Of a DNA stretch of 63,971 nucleotides, positions 29,137 to 39,215 are shown one piece after another. Every line of letters begins with the position of its first letter. Position 1 is the first letter of the stretch. The notes beneath the pieces are model-generated. The model was given only the letters and a program-made list of their open reading frames with translations. It searched no databases and was not told where the DNA came from. Source of the stretch: a virus (Duplodnaviria; Caudoviricetes); the IMG/VR virus record IMGVR_UViG_3300032225_001614, positions 1 through 63,971 of that record; one strand, given 5' to 3'. A program made the position numbers and the translations under genes.

Positions 29137-30504
29137 ATGGCAAGTACAGGATTATTAGGATTTAACCCATATCAAAAAGGAGTAAATATAGATTTTTCTT
29201 CTAAGCCTGCGGCAATGGCTGTCCAATTAATACAACATGAAGCAGCTAAAAAAGAAGCTCTTGATAAGTATTATAAGGATTATGAAAATAAATTGACATC
29301 GACTGGAATGAGAAATCAAGACACAGATGTTTTTTTGAATAAATTAGGAGAAGCCAAACAATATTATTTACAAAATAGAGATAAAATATTAAATCCTGCT
29401 AAATACGGAGCAGATGCTCAAGCTCAATATAATTCATTGTTAAAAGGAACTCAAACCGCCGTTAGTCAATCTAAGCAATTGGCAGCTACAGATAAAGTAG
29501 ATGCAGAGCATTTTTATCAAGCTATGCAAAAGGGATTAGATGTTCCAGATGGTTATATGGAGGCAGCTCAAAGAGCAAGACTACCAATGAATCATCCTCA
29601 ATTTCAACCATTAGATCCTTATCAATATAATTTTACTAAGCCATTTAATGAAGCAGAATTTGCTAAAAATTTAACAGCAGGATTAACTCCAAGCGAAAAC
29701 AAACAATATATAAGACCAAAAGATTTTAATAATCCAAACTCACCTGATTTTGGGTATAATAATGTTATAACCACATCAGCTTTTGATAATAAAGCAAAAG
29801 ATGTAATAAGAAGCAAAGGTGAATTAGCATATCAGACAATTCCGGGAGTTACTAATATAACCAATAAAGTTATAAAAAACGGTCAAATTGGAGATTATCA
29901 AAACCAATTTAACGAACTATATCCCGGTCAAAATATAAATAATGCAAAACCACCTCAAATTGCTGCTGCAATAGGATTAAGTATAACCTCGCATGGAAAA
30001 ACAGCAACATCAAGAGAGCCTGATTGGTTGACAAGAACAAACTATAAAGATGTACTAACAAAGCAAAATATAGGATTAAATAAAGCAGCTCAAGTGCCTA
30101 TTGGTGATCCCGTTTTAGAGTATATCGAAAACTCGAAAAGTGGAAAATTATTTGATTCGGAAGGTGGAAATCAAACTACAATTCAAAGATTAAATTTGCC
30201 AGAATCTGTTACGAATGATTTTAAAACTAAAGAATATAGGAATCCAGTATTAGGAATGGATGAAAGTGGTAAAGTATATAAAATTGTTCTTCAAAAAGAA
30301 ATAGATCCAAAAACAGGTAAGGCTACAGGTAATTTAACAAATAAAATTGATTGGGCAAATACTGAAGAAGCTAAAAATATAAGAACATCAGTAGTTCAAC
30401 ATGGCTTGACTAGTGCGGCTAAGGCTAAATTAGCTGAAGGCGGAACAGGTAGATTAACTATAGAAAATTCTAATAAAGGGAAAAAAGTTATAAAAGGTTT
30501 TTAA
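29137..30504 (+). CDS. Putative internal virion/ejection protein
   Basis: 455 aa; position in the ejection block. Confidence 0.55.
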   Translation: MASTGLLGFNPYQKGVNIDFSSKPAAMAVQLIQHEAAKKEALDKYYKDYENKLTSTGMRNQDTDVFLNKLGEAKQYYLQNRDKILNPAKYGADAQAQYNSLLKGTQTAVSQSKQLAATDKVDAEHFYQAMQKGLDVPDGYMEAAQRARLPMNHPQFQPLDPYQYNFTKPFNEAEFAKNLTAGLTPSENKQYIRPKDFNNPNSPDFGYNNVITTSAFDNKAKDVIRSKGELAYQTIPGVTNITNKVIKNGQIGDYQNQFNELYPGQNINNAKPPQIAAAIGLSITSHGKTATSREPDWLTRTNYKDVLTKQNIGLNKAAQVPIGDPVLEYIENSKSGKLFDSEGGNQTTIQRLNLPESVTNDFKTKEYRNPVLGMDESGKVYKIVLQKEIDPKTGKATGNLTNKIDWANTEEAKNIRTSVVQHGLTSAAKAKLAEGGTGRLTIENSNKGKKVIKGF

Positions 30505-30505
30505 T

Positions 30506-33500
30506 ATGGAAGATATAAACGTAAATAGTCAAGATCCAATTAATAAAACTAAGATATTGTATGATGCAGTATCTAAAGATTATAATGTTGGTTCGTTTGA
30601 TGAATTTTCAAAAAAACTTCAAGATCCATCAAAAAGAGAAGCTTTTTATAAAGGAGTAGGAAGTGAATATAATTTAGGTTCTTACGATGAATTTTCTAAA
30701 AAAATTGGTCTTGTTGAAAAAAAAAATCTTGGTGGCACTCTTTCCCCTACAGAATTACCTGCAAGTTTACCTTCTCAATTACCAAAAAGACTTAATGTAG
30801 ATGTTTTAGCTTATGCTGATGATGGTCAAAAAGCAGCAGCTCCACAACCAACTACTATAACGGAAAAGTTATTTGGTAATGTCAGACCTGAAAAGCAAAA
30901 ACTAGATGTAACTCCTAAAGTTAGAAATGTAGAAAAAGAAATAGAAGCAGAACAAACAGGAAAGAAAATAACTTCAGATGCCATTAATAATACTGTTAAG
31001 GCCTATAAAGATAGACTAAGTGGAGATGGAGCATATAAAATATCAGATACAGATCCTGCTCTTATTAATCAAAAAAATGACTTAGAAAAAGATTTAAAAG
31101 AAGGTAATTTACAAGTAGTAAAAAGCCAAAAAACAGGTCAATATATATTAGCTAGAAAAAATGGCGCTCTTCAAAGTATTTCTCAAGCATATAACAATGT
31201 AAAAGAAAAAGAAGCAGACGATAAATATGTAGCAAGTCTTAGTACAATAGATAAGATAAAACATTTTGATAATAAAGCAGCTTTAGTTAAAGACGAATAT
31301 TTACCTTCTCAACCATCAGGTTTTGGCGGTGCTTTTGGTACTCTTATAGGTGAAAATGCAACTCCATTAGTTAAGATGGGAGCTATGGCAACTGCTGCCG
31401 GTAAGGTCGGTGAATATTTAGGATTAACTGGTACTGCTTTAGCAAATGCTGAAAAATTTGGTTCATTCCTTGCTTTTGCCAACGATGCAGGATATAGTGG
31501 ATATTCTAATAATACAGAAAAAGTTTACAATGCACTTCGTAAACAAAACCCAAATGGCGATAAGATAGACCAAATGCAACGTGCCGAAAGAGCAGGGTTA
31601 GTTGGAGAAGTATCAGGTATAGCAACAGCAGGTGCCATGACAGGTGCTTTTGCTAAATTAACCAATGCGGCTAAAAACGTAAATGTTCAGCCATTAGTTA
31701 GTTCGCTTGAGCAATTGGCGCATCATACTGTAAAAGAATCTGCTATTCAAGGTGGATTTGCGGCAGGCGGTTCTCTTGTATCTGACTTAGGAGCAATTAG
31801 TCAAGGGGTTAAGATGAAGCCATCAGAAGTGGTTGGAAATGCATTTGAAGCAGGTAAAGGAATGGCGGAATTTACATCAGTAATGGGTTCGGCTATGGGT
31901 ATTGTGGCAGGATTAGCAAATGTTCCTAAATATGTAAAAGCTCAAGCAACAGGAACTTTGGCTAAATTAGATCCTGTATTAGTTAATGATGCATATAAAG
32001 AAGCAGAAGCAAATGGAGCATTAGATCCCGGTACTGCTGAAAAAGCTATGCAGCAAATTAATGGATTTAAAGAAGCGAAAAATAAAGTTCCTACTGATTT
32101 GCCTGACGAAAATGTAAATGCAATTGCAGGTATTCAACAAAAAATAGATAAGTTAGAAGCACAAAAGAAAACATTAGCACCACAATTCCATGATAGAATT
32201 GATGCTGTTATTGATTCACTTAGAAATAGGTCAAAAGAAATAGCGTCAACCGATAAGCCATTAGAAAAAGAAGTAGATGATATAACTCAACAGCCTACAA
32301 ATGTAAGGATAGAACCTGCTGTAGAAGAAAAGCCAATAGATATTAAAGTTGGAGATGAAGTAAATGTAACAGCAGCAGATGGGACAATTTTAGGAGAAAA
32401 AACAAAAGTAACTGCAATAAGTCCTGATAATAAATTTATACAAACAGAATTGGGTAATGCTTATGTTCCTGCTGAACAAATAGAATTACCGAAAGCGAAA
32501 GAAGAAGTTAAACCTACTGAAGTAAAAGATGGGTTTGATTATGTTAGAAATAAATTTATGAAAGATGGTAGTGGTGGTAAAAGATTATCAGATAAAGAAT
32601 CAAACATATTAAATAAAGAAGTAGATAAGCTTATCGAAAGAGCTGAAAAAGAAAATGGAGTAAAAAGAAATGAACTTAAACAATCAACTTGGAAAACTAA
32701 TGATGGTTATACTATAAATGAATTTTTTGAAAATGGTCGTGGTGGAACAAGAGTAATAACTCCAAAAGGAGAAGAAATAAATTTATTTGACAATAAATAT
32801 AAAGGTGAAAGTGGAAAAGATATTTCTTATTTTCCAAAAGCACATGAAGAAGTTAAACCTACTGAAGTAAAAGAAACAGCTAAATTACTTGAAAATAAAA
32901 TAAAAGAAAATTCAAGTGCATTTGATAAAATAAAAGATAAAATATCTAAATTTTCTTTAAATGATATAAAAGAGTTTTTTCATGCATCTGAAAGTAAAAG
33001 AATTGGAAAATTAAAGAAAGGGGAAGCTGCACAATTTGGAGAAGGTATTTATTTTTCTACTGATAAGGATACTGTAAAAGATAATTTTGGAGAAGAAGTA
33101 ACAAATGTATTGTTAAACATAGAAAATCCTGTATTTACTAATACGAAAGAATGGAATAAAGTAGAAGATTTAGCACTTAAAATGGCTAATGAAGGAAAGC
33201 GAATAGATGAAGATGGTTATATAGAAGGCGGTGAAACTGATATAGCTGAAATTAAGCCTAAGTTTATTTCAAATGCAGCAAAAGAACTTGGATATGATGC
33301 TATTGTAGATAAGAATAGCCAACATGGTAATGAAATATCAGTAATAGATGATTCTAAAATAATTTATGAAGAAGATTTACCAAAAGCCATTGCTGAAGCA
33401 TATCATAAAGCTAAAATAGATGGAAATAATCCTGAATTAGTAAAATCAGTAGAAGAGCAATTAAAACCAAAAGAAAAAGTTAAAAATGAAGTAGAAGTTT

Positions 33501-35068
33501 TTCATGGCGGAACGATAGATAAACCAGAAGATTTAGCTGAAGGAGAGCCATTATTTGTATCAGAAAGCAAGTCGCAAGCGAAAGAATACACTAAAGAAAA
33601 CGAAGGGAAAGTAAAAGGATTTAAAATTGACAAAAACAAAATTGCAACCGAAGAAGAAGCGAGGGATGTAATTAAAAAACTAGATTTAAAACCTAAAGAA
33701 GAAGGTTGGGATGCAGAGGAATTGAATTTATTTGAATTAATAGATCCAAAATTTGAAACATCATTAAGTGAAGATGATATTCAAAAAGTTTTCAATGAGT
33801 TAAAGAAAAAAGGTTATGAAGGTGTTTCTTTTATGGACACAAATCTTAAAACGCTTAAACAAGATATTCAGAATATTGCAATTTTTGATCCAAAAGAAAC
33901 TTTATTTAAAGAAAAACCAAAAGAAAATGCCATACAAAAGCCAAGCACAGGAGAGGTTCTTCAACGCGAACCGAAAACAACTAGAATCGAAGGGGGTGAA
34001 CGTGGAAGAGTGGAACCAAGCAAGCAAGGGGAAGCAATTGCCGAAAAAGGTAAGCAAGTTGAAGGCAATGAAGAAGAAGTAAAACCAAAAGAATATACTT
34101 CTAAAACAGGCAGACAAAAAATAGTATATGATGAAAAAGGTAACTCTAAAGTAATTGATACTAAAACAGGTAAAGAGGTTAGTCGTGAAACAGCTAAAAA
34201 AGTGTATAATGAAGCTGCGGATAATTATGATTTTTCAAAAGGCAAAAAAGCATCTTTTGAAGGCGCAGAACTGAAAGACGAAAGAGAAGTTGAAAACTAT
34301 ACAATAGACAATAGCTCTAATCCAGCAGAAATTGCAGAAGTATATGCTAGACAAGAACTAGAGCCACCTTCATTAAATAGTGCCGAAGCCGCAATAGTAA
34401 ATCATGGTATCGGAAAGGTAGATGTAAAAAGTTTCAAAAGATTTAATGATGAAAATAATATAACATTTGGTTTAGCTAAAAATTGGTTTCAAAAAGGCGG
34501 AAAAGGATCTAAATTAGATGCCATAGCCGAAGAAATTTCAGCAAAAACAGGTGTAAATGTAACCCCAGAAGATATAGGGAATTTCATGGTTAGATTTCCA
34601 TCAGGCGCAAGAGCTGAAAAATTAGTAGAAAATGATATTGCTTATAATGCTAGAAATAAATTTGAAAAATTAACAGGGCTACCATTAACAGAAGAGATAG
34701 CTCACAAAGCCATAGACTATGAATTTAATAAACTTACTAAGGAACAACAAGCCATTGCAGAACAAGACTCCAAAACAAGAAAACAACTTGAAGATGCCTA
34801 TTGGGCAGAACAACCAGGAGCCATTAAGCCTGCTCCAGAAAAAGGCAATAATATTGCAGCTAAGCAGGCAAGAAAAGCCGAAAAAGGATTAAAAGAACCT
34901 ATTGTAGAGAAAAAACCTCTTGAGGGTATTCAGCAAGAATATCAAGAAGTTATAAATAAAACAGGCGAAAAGGTTAGAGAAAAAGCAAAATTAGAATTTG
35001 TAGAACGTAACTTTGATTCTATATTAGATAAATTAAAAGAAAAAATTAAAGAAAAATGTCCAACGTAA
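30506..35068 (+). CDS. Giant polyvalent ejection protein with two ADP-ribosyltransferase-like domains
   Basis: FHAS...GEGIYFS...GYDAI and FHGG...LFVS...GYEGV...AIFD modules; Gly/Ala-rich hydrophobic region. Confidence 0.65.
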   Translation: MEDINVNSQDPINKTKILYDAVSKDYNVGSFDEFSKKLQDPSKREAFYKGVGSEYNLGSYDEFSKKIGLVEKKNLGGTLSPTELPASLPSQLPKRLNVDVLAYADDGQKAAAPQPTTITEKLFGNVRPEKQKLDVTPKVRNVEKEIEAEQTGKKITSDAINNTVKAYKDRLSGDGAYKISDTDPALINQKNDLEKDLKEGNLQVVKSQKTGQYILARKNGALQSISQAYNNVKEKEADDKYVASLSTIDKIKHFDNKAALVKDEYLPSQPSGFGGAFGTLIGENATPLVKMGAMATAAGKVGEYLGLTGTALANAEKFGSFLAFANDAGYSGYSNNTEKVYNALRKQNPNGDKIDQMQRAERAGLVGEVSGIATAGAMTGAFAKLTNAAKNVNVQPLVSSLEQLAHHTVKESAIQGGFAAGGSLVSDLGAISQGVKMKPSEVVGNAFEAGKGMAEFTSVMGSAMGIVAGLANVPKYVKAQATGTLAKLDPVLVNDAYKEAEANGALDPGTAEKAMQQINGFKEAKNKVPTDLPDENVNAIAGIQQKIDKLEAQKKTLAPQFHDRIDAVIDSLRNRSKEIASTDKPLEKEVDDITQQPTNVRIEPAVEEKPIDIKVGDEVNVTAADGTILGEKTKVTAISPDNKFIQTELGNAYVPAEQIELPKAKEEVKPTEVKDGFDYVRNKFMKDGSGGKRLSDKESNILNKEVDKLIERAEKENGVKRNELKQSTWKTNDGYTINEFFENGRGGTRVITPKGEEINLFDNKYKGESGKDISYFPKAHEEVKPTEVKETAKLLENKIKENSSAFDKIKDKISKFSLNDIKEFFHASESKRIGKLKKGEAAQFGEGIYFSTDKDTVKDNFGEEVTNVLLNIENPVFTNTKEWNKVEDLALKMANEGKRIDEDGYIEGGETDIAEIKPKFISNAAKELGYDAIVDKNSQHGNEISVIDDSKIIYEEDLPKAIAEAYHKAKIDGNNPELVKSVEEQLKPKEKVKNEVEVFHGGTIDKPEDLAEGEPLFVSESKSQAKEYTKENEGKVKGFKIDKNKIATEEEARDVIKKLDLKPKEEGWDAEELNLFELIDPKFETSLSEDDIQKVFNELKKKGYEGVSFMDTNLKTLKQDIQNIAIFDPKETLFKEKPKENAIQKPSTGEVLQREPKTTRIEGGERGRVEPSKQGEAIAEKGKQVEGNEEEVKPKEYTSKTGRQKIVYDEKGNSKVIDTKTGKEVSRETAKKVYNEAADNYDFSKGKKASFEGAELKDEREVENYTIDNSSNPAEIAEVYARQELEPPSLNSAEAAIVNHGIGKVDVKSFKRFNDENNITFGLAKNWFQKGGKGSKLDAIAEEISAKTGVNVTPEDIGNFMVRFPSGARAEKLVENDIAYNARNKFEKLTGLPLTEEIAHKAIDYEFNKLTKEQQAIAEQDSKTRKQLEDAYWAEQPGAIKPAPEKGNNIAAKQARKAEKGLKEPIVEKKPLEGIQQEYQEVINKTGEKVREKAKLEFVERNFDSILDKLKEKIKEKCPT
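32501..32874 (+). repeat. 29-bp exact direct repeat (32501-32529, 32846-32874) flanking an in-frame module
   Basis: GAAGAAGTTAAACCTACTGAAGTAAAAGA twice, 345 nt apart. Confidence 0.9.
33927..34082 (+). CDS. Probable nested small basic protein in an alternative frame
   Basis: MPYKSQAQERFFNANRKQLESKGVNVEEWNQASKGKQLPKKVSKLKAMKKK; A-rich start context; resembles MP(F/Y)KSxAQ small phage proteins as I recall them. Confidence 0.6.
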   Translation: MPYKSQAQERFFNANRKQLESKGVNVEEWNQASKGKQLPKKVSKLKAMKKK

Positions 35069-35556
35069 AATCATTATTGAGTGCAACCATGAAAAAGTGG
35101 TTGCAAAAATCAATAGAAAGCGAATTATATGCTTCTAATTTTTATAAGCATGCAGCCAATCAATTACAAAGATTAGGTTTTTTTGGTGCTCAAAAATATT
35201 ATTTAACTGAAAGCGCAGACGAACTTGAGCATTATCAAGGAGTAGTTGATTTTGTTAATGATATGGGTGATGTGGCAAGTGTTCCAAAGGTAGATGCAAT
35301 AACAGATAAGATTCAATCTATTGGAGATTCATTAGACTTAGCTTATGAATTAGAATTAGATTTATTTAATCAGTATAAAGAATTCTATGAAATTGCTGAA
35401 GATGAAGATGTGGCTGTTGCAGAATTTTTACTTAAATATATCAAAATTCAAAGAAAATCTGTTGGTCAATACGGAGATTTAATTTCTCGTTATCAAAAAT
35501 GTGGCGAAAACGAAGCTGCAATTCTTGGGTTTGACCACTATCTATCAAAATTATAA
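35056..35556 (+). CDS. Ferritin (non-haem, FtnA-like)
   Basis: ELYASNFY...ESADELEH...AYELE...FL...IQ four-helix ferroxidase pattern. Confidence 0.85.
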   Translation: MSNVKSLLSATMKKWLQKSIESELYASNFYKHAANQLQRLGFFGAQKYYLTESADELEHYQGVVDFVNDMGDVASVPKVDAITDKIQSIGDSLDLAYELELDLFNQYKEFYEIAEDEDVAVAEFLLKYIKIQRKSVGQYGDLISRYQKCGENEAAILGFDHYLSKL

Positions 35557-35565
35557 TTATAAAAC

Positions 35566-38500
35566 ATGGCTGGTTGCATATATACAATTGACGGAAGAGA
35601 GTTTGATGAAGAAGGTCTTAAAAAATACATTGCAGATAATTTAGACCAATTTGCAGGTGATTTAGGATTAGGCGAATTGACTCCTGAAGCAAAAGGTATT
35701 ACTCATGCTGCTAATGAAATAAGAAGAAAAGCATTGGGAATGGGGGAGCGTGATACTGAAACCATTTCAATGATAGATACAAACAGAGAGGCTCAAAGAA
35801 TATTATCTAAAGGTGATTACAATGTAGATGCTTTATTGGATAAGGCTTTAGTAGATAAATATTTATCTCCTGTAGAAATAGAAATTGTAAAAATTGCAAT
35901 GGCAACATTGGATGCTGAAATTGCAAAAAAACCAACCAATGATTTAATCAATAAGCAAAAAAAATTAATTAGCATAAGCGATATGGTTGGTAAGGCGGCT
36001 GGTACGGCATTGGCTTTTAGAAAAGGAATGGCAGATCCAATGGATACAGTATCTGGATTCTATGTAGATAAAATGGAAAAAAACAAGGTCAATGAGCTTA
36101 CTGAGCAGCAAATGGCAGAAGCAAAAGCCGACTTTGAGAAAAAAATGAGTGCTGAAAAAGATGTAGCAGATAAAAAAGCAGCTATTGATAAATTTGAAAA
36201 TGATGAAGTAAAGAAGTTAGCTCAAGAAAATTTTGAAAAACAAAAGAAAGCTACACCAAAAGTAAAAAGAGATTTTGCTGCAGAAAGAAAATCAGTAGTT
36301 GATAGTATAAAAGACAAATGGAAAAAGGCAGGTAAAGTTGACAGAGATATTTTAATGTCATCTTTACCATTAGTAAAAGAAGCAGGAACTTTAGCGAAAC
36401 AACTTATTGAAGTAAGTCCTGATGTCGCTAAGTTAATGAAACTTTATATTGAAGAAGGAGTTAGTGAATTTGGAGATTTAGTTAATAAAATTTATGAAGA
36501 TTTAAAAGATATTGAAGGTCTTAAAAAAAGCGATACAGTTGATTTGATTGCTGGTAGGTATAATAAAAAGAAAGAAACCAAAAGTGAATTACAGGTTAAA
36601 ATAGCTGACCTTAAAAAAGAAGCAGATTTACTTTCTAAAATTGAAGATGTAAAAAATGGGGTTCCTAAAACTGAAAAAGAAACAGTAAGGAAAAACCAAA
36701 AAATATCTGCCTTGCAAAAAGAGTTAGCTGATTTAAAAAAAGAAACTCCGGGCTATTATGATTTGCAAAAAATAAAAAATGCAATAAATAGGGTTCAATC
36801 AGATATTAAAAAAACACAAGAAAGAATTGCTAATAAAGATTTTGCAGAAAAGCCAAAATATATATCCATTGCAGAAGATAGAGAGTTAAGAAGAAGAAAC
36901 CCAGAATTATACAATAGCTATTTGGATGCTATTGATAAGAAAGATAAAATAAACCATGAGTATCAGATAAAAATGGCTGATGAAGCTATGAATTCAAAAA
37001 CTAAATGGGAAAGAAAATTAGCAGAAGGAGGTCAGATTGGAAAAGAAACACTTAATACAGTAAAAGCCCTAAAAGCAGGTATAGATAACTCTGCCGTATT
37101 TGTTCAAAGTGGTATTGCTGTAATGAATCCAATGAACTATAAAGCTACATTAAAAGCATTGGCATCTCAACCAAGTCAATTTATAAGCGAAGGTAATTTT
37201 AGAAGAAGAATATTAGAAGTGCATGCAAATGAGCCTTTATGGAATATGATTCAAGAGTCTGGATTAGATTATATTGATCCAAGAGGTTATGCAAAAGAAG
37301 TGCATGAAGAACAATTCGGTGGAAAAACATTATTAGAAAGAGTTAAAATAGGTGATAAAGATTTAAGTAAATACACTACTGCTCCATTTGAAAGATTATT
37401 TACAGGTTTTACCAATGAATTTAGATTACAATTATTTATTAAAGGAGCAAATGAATTAATGAGGGATGGTTTAACCATTGATAAAAATCCACAAGAATAT
37501 AAAGATTTAGCTAGTTATATAAATAATATAACAGGTAGAGGTAAATTAAAAGAAGGCAAAATTAGGCAAGCAGAAAATGCTATTTCAGCCGTAATTTGGG
37601 CGCCAAAATTAATAGCATCTAGCTTAAATATGATTGGCTTGGGGGATGCAGCTAATTTAAGAGGAAATTTAGGTATAGAAGGTAAGGCAAAAGGCTACTA
37701 TGGCAGTATGACTCCTAGAATGAGAAAATATGCCATTAAAAATACAGCAGCAGGTATTGGAACAGGAGTTTTACTGATGGCTGCTTATGCTATGCAACCG
37801 AATAAAGAAGTTGATTTTGATCCAGAAAGCGTAACATTTGGTCAAATAAAAGATACTAAAACAGGATGGGCAATGAATCCATTTGGAAGATTGACTCCTA
37901 TTGTAAGATATTTGTCAATGATGACAATGGCAGCGAAAAGTATTGGCGGTAAGCCAATTAAATTTAATCCTATAATGGAATCGTACAAATTTCTTAGAGG
38001 TAAAATGGCTCCTGTAACTGGAATTGGAACTGATATTGTAATGCGAAGAGATTTTCAAGGAAAACCATATAGTTTAGGCAAAGTAAAAGTAGCAGATGTA
38101 ATTGAGCCAATGTTTGTAAATGATATGGTTCAACAATTACAAGTTGATGGTACAGCAGCAATGCTTTATGCAATACCTACATTCTATGGTATGAAAGTTA
38201 CCAATGAAAAAATGTATGATAAAAGAGATTTGCAATCATTATTAGATGATGCTCAAACTACTTCAGCAACAGATAAGAATTTAATGGTTAACTATAATAA
38301 TGGAGCTAAACCAGTAACTTCAGATGAATTTAAAGAATTTGTCAAAAAGAATGATGATGAAATTGGAAAATTAGTAAAAAATATTTACGATAATGGTGTT
38401 CCTATTGAAGAAAATGGAAATGTGATACATAAATCTATAAAAGACTTAACTAAAGATGAATTATCTAAAGAAATGAGTAGGCTCAAATCAATAGCTACCG

Positions 38501-38613
38501 CAAAAGTTAAAAAAGATTTGTTTGGGGAAAAAGAACCACAAGATGAATATATAAAAAAAGAAATTGATTATTTAAGAGAAGAACAAGGAATAGGCAAGCA
38601 ACAGGAGGAGTAA
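35566..38613 (+). CDS. Large internal virion/ejection protein
   Basis: 1015 aa with coiled coil; INNITGRG and FLRGKMAPV patterns. Confidence 0.6.
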   Translation: MAGCIYTIDGREFDEEGLKKYIADNLDQFAGDLGLGELTPEAKGITHAANEIRRKALGMGERDTETISMIDTNREAQRILSKGDYNVDALLDKALVDKYLSPVEIEIVKIAMATLDAEIAKKPTNDLINKQKKLISISDMVGKAAGTALAFRKGMADPMDTVSGFYVDKMEKNKVNELTEQQMAEAKADFEKKMSAEKDVADKKAAIDKFENDEVKKLAQENFEKQKKATPKVKRDFAAERKSVVDSIKDKWKKAGKVDRDILMSSLPLVKEAGTLAKQLIEVSPDVAKLMKLYIEEGVSEFGDLVNKIYEDLKDIEGLKKSDTVDLIAGRYNKKKETKSELQVKIADLKKEADLLSKIEDVKNGVPKTEKETVRKNQKISALQKELADLKKETPGYYDLQKIKNAINRVQSDIKKTQERIANKDFAEKPKYISIAEDRELRRRNPELYNSYLDAIDKKDKINHEYQIKMADEAMNSKTKWERKLAEGGQIGKETLNTVKALKAGIDNSAVFVQSGIAVMNPMNYKATLKALASQPSQFISEGNFRRRILEVHANEPLWNMIQESGLDYIDPRGYAKEVHEEQFGGKTLLERVKIGDKDLSKYTTAPFERLFTGFTNEFRLQLFIKGANELMRDGLTIDKNPQEYKDLASYINNITGRGKLKEGKIRQAENAISAVIWAPKLIASSLNMIGLGDAANLRGNLGIEGKAKGYYGSMTPRMRKYAIKNTAAGIGTGVLLMAAYAMQPNKEVDFDPESVTFGQIKDTKTGWAMNPFGRLTPIVRYLSMMTMAAKSIGGKPIKFNPIMESYKFLRGKMAPVTGIGTDIVMRRDFQGKPYSLGKVKVADVIEPMFVNDMVQQLQVDGTAAMLYAIPTFYGMKVTNEKMYDKRDLQSLLDDAQTTSATDKNLMVNYNNGAKPVTSDEFKEFVKKNDDEIGKLVKNIYDNGVPIEENGNVIHKSIKDLTKDELSKEMSRLKSIATAKVKKDLFGEKEPQDEYIKKEIDYLREEQGIGKQQEE

Positions 38614-38668
38614 TTTTTTGAATAATATACCTATAAATTTCTTATATTTGGAGTAAAATTTAAGCACA

Positions 38669-39205
38669 ATGGCTATTTCCCCAAGTTTTTCCATGTCCCA
38701 AAATAGTGGCACTCCTAATATTATAACCGCAACGGATACATCAACTGGGATAGACACAAGTATAACTAAAAGAAGAATTTATCTTTTGCAATCTGATGGT
38801 ACTTATTTAGTTCCACCGGGTACAACTACAAATTATTCAGAATGGGCAATTACAAATACATCTACAAGGCAGCCACTTACTATTAGCTTAGATGTATTAA
38901 GTCAAGATACTGCACTTAGTATTACCGTTCAATGGTTAAATGTTTCTAATGTAGTGGTAAATACAGTAACAAATTCATACGCATTCACAGCCTATAATGA
39001 AACTTTTTATTATGGTCTTACTGAAAGTCAAGTTGCAAATGCAAATCTAACAGCTAGTACAAATTGGTATCAAACTAAAATGATACTTAGGGTTGAGTTA
39101 GACTCAGCCAATCAAGCTATTATTTTTGCATCAGATATATTTAGCGCACAAGCAGCTCTCAATAGAGCCACATATATTTCTACAAATCAAAGTTTTTTCT
39201 TCTAA
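38669..39205 (+). CDS. Putative tail structural protein
   Basis: Ser/Thr-rich beta protein starting the fibre operon. Confidence 0.55.
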   Translation: MAISPSFSMSQNSGTPNIITATDTSTGIDTSITKRRIYLLQSDGTYLVPPGTTTNYSEWAITNTSTRQPLTISLDVLSQDTALSITVQWLNVSNVVVNTVTNSYAFTAYNETFYYGLTESQVANANLTASTNWYQTKMILRVELDSANQAIIFASDIFSAQAALNRATYISTNQSFFF

Positions 39206-39215
39206 ATAATTAGCA

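Noticed and set aside
6029-37478. Short antisense or off-frame ORFs inside long genes (e.g. 6029, 8564, 11262, 11731, 12247, 12551, 15171, 19034, 19741, 24740, 28682, 29622, 33902, 37287)
   Set aside because: No recognisable motifs; they lie opposite or within well-supported CDSs, as expected by chance.
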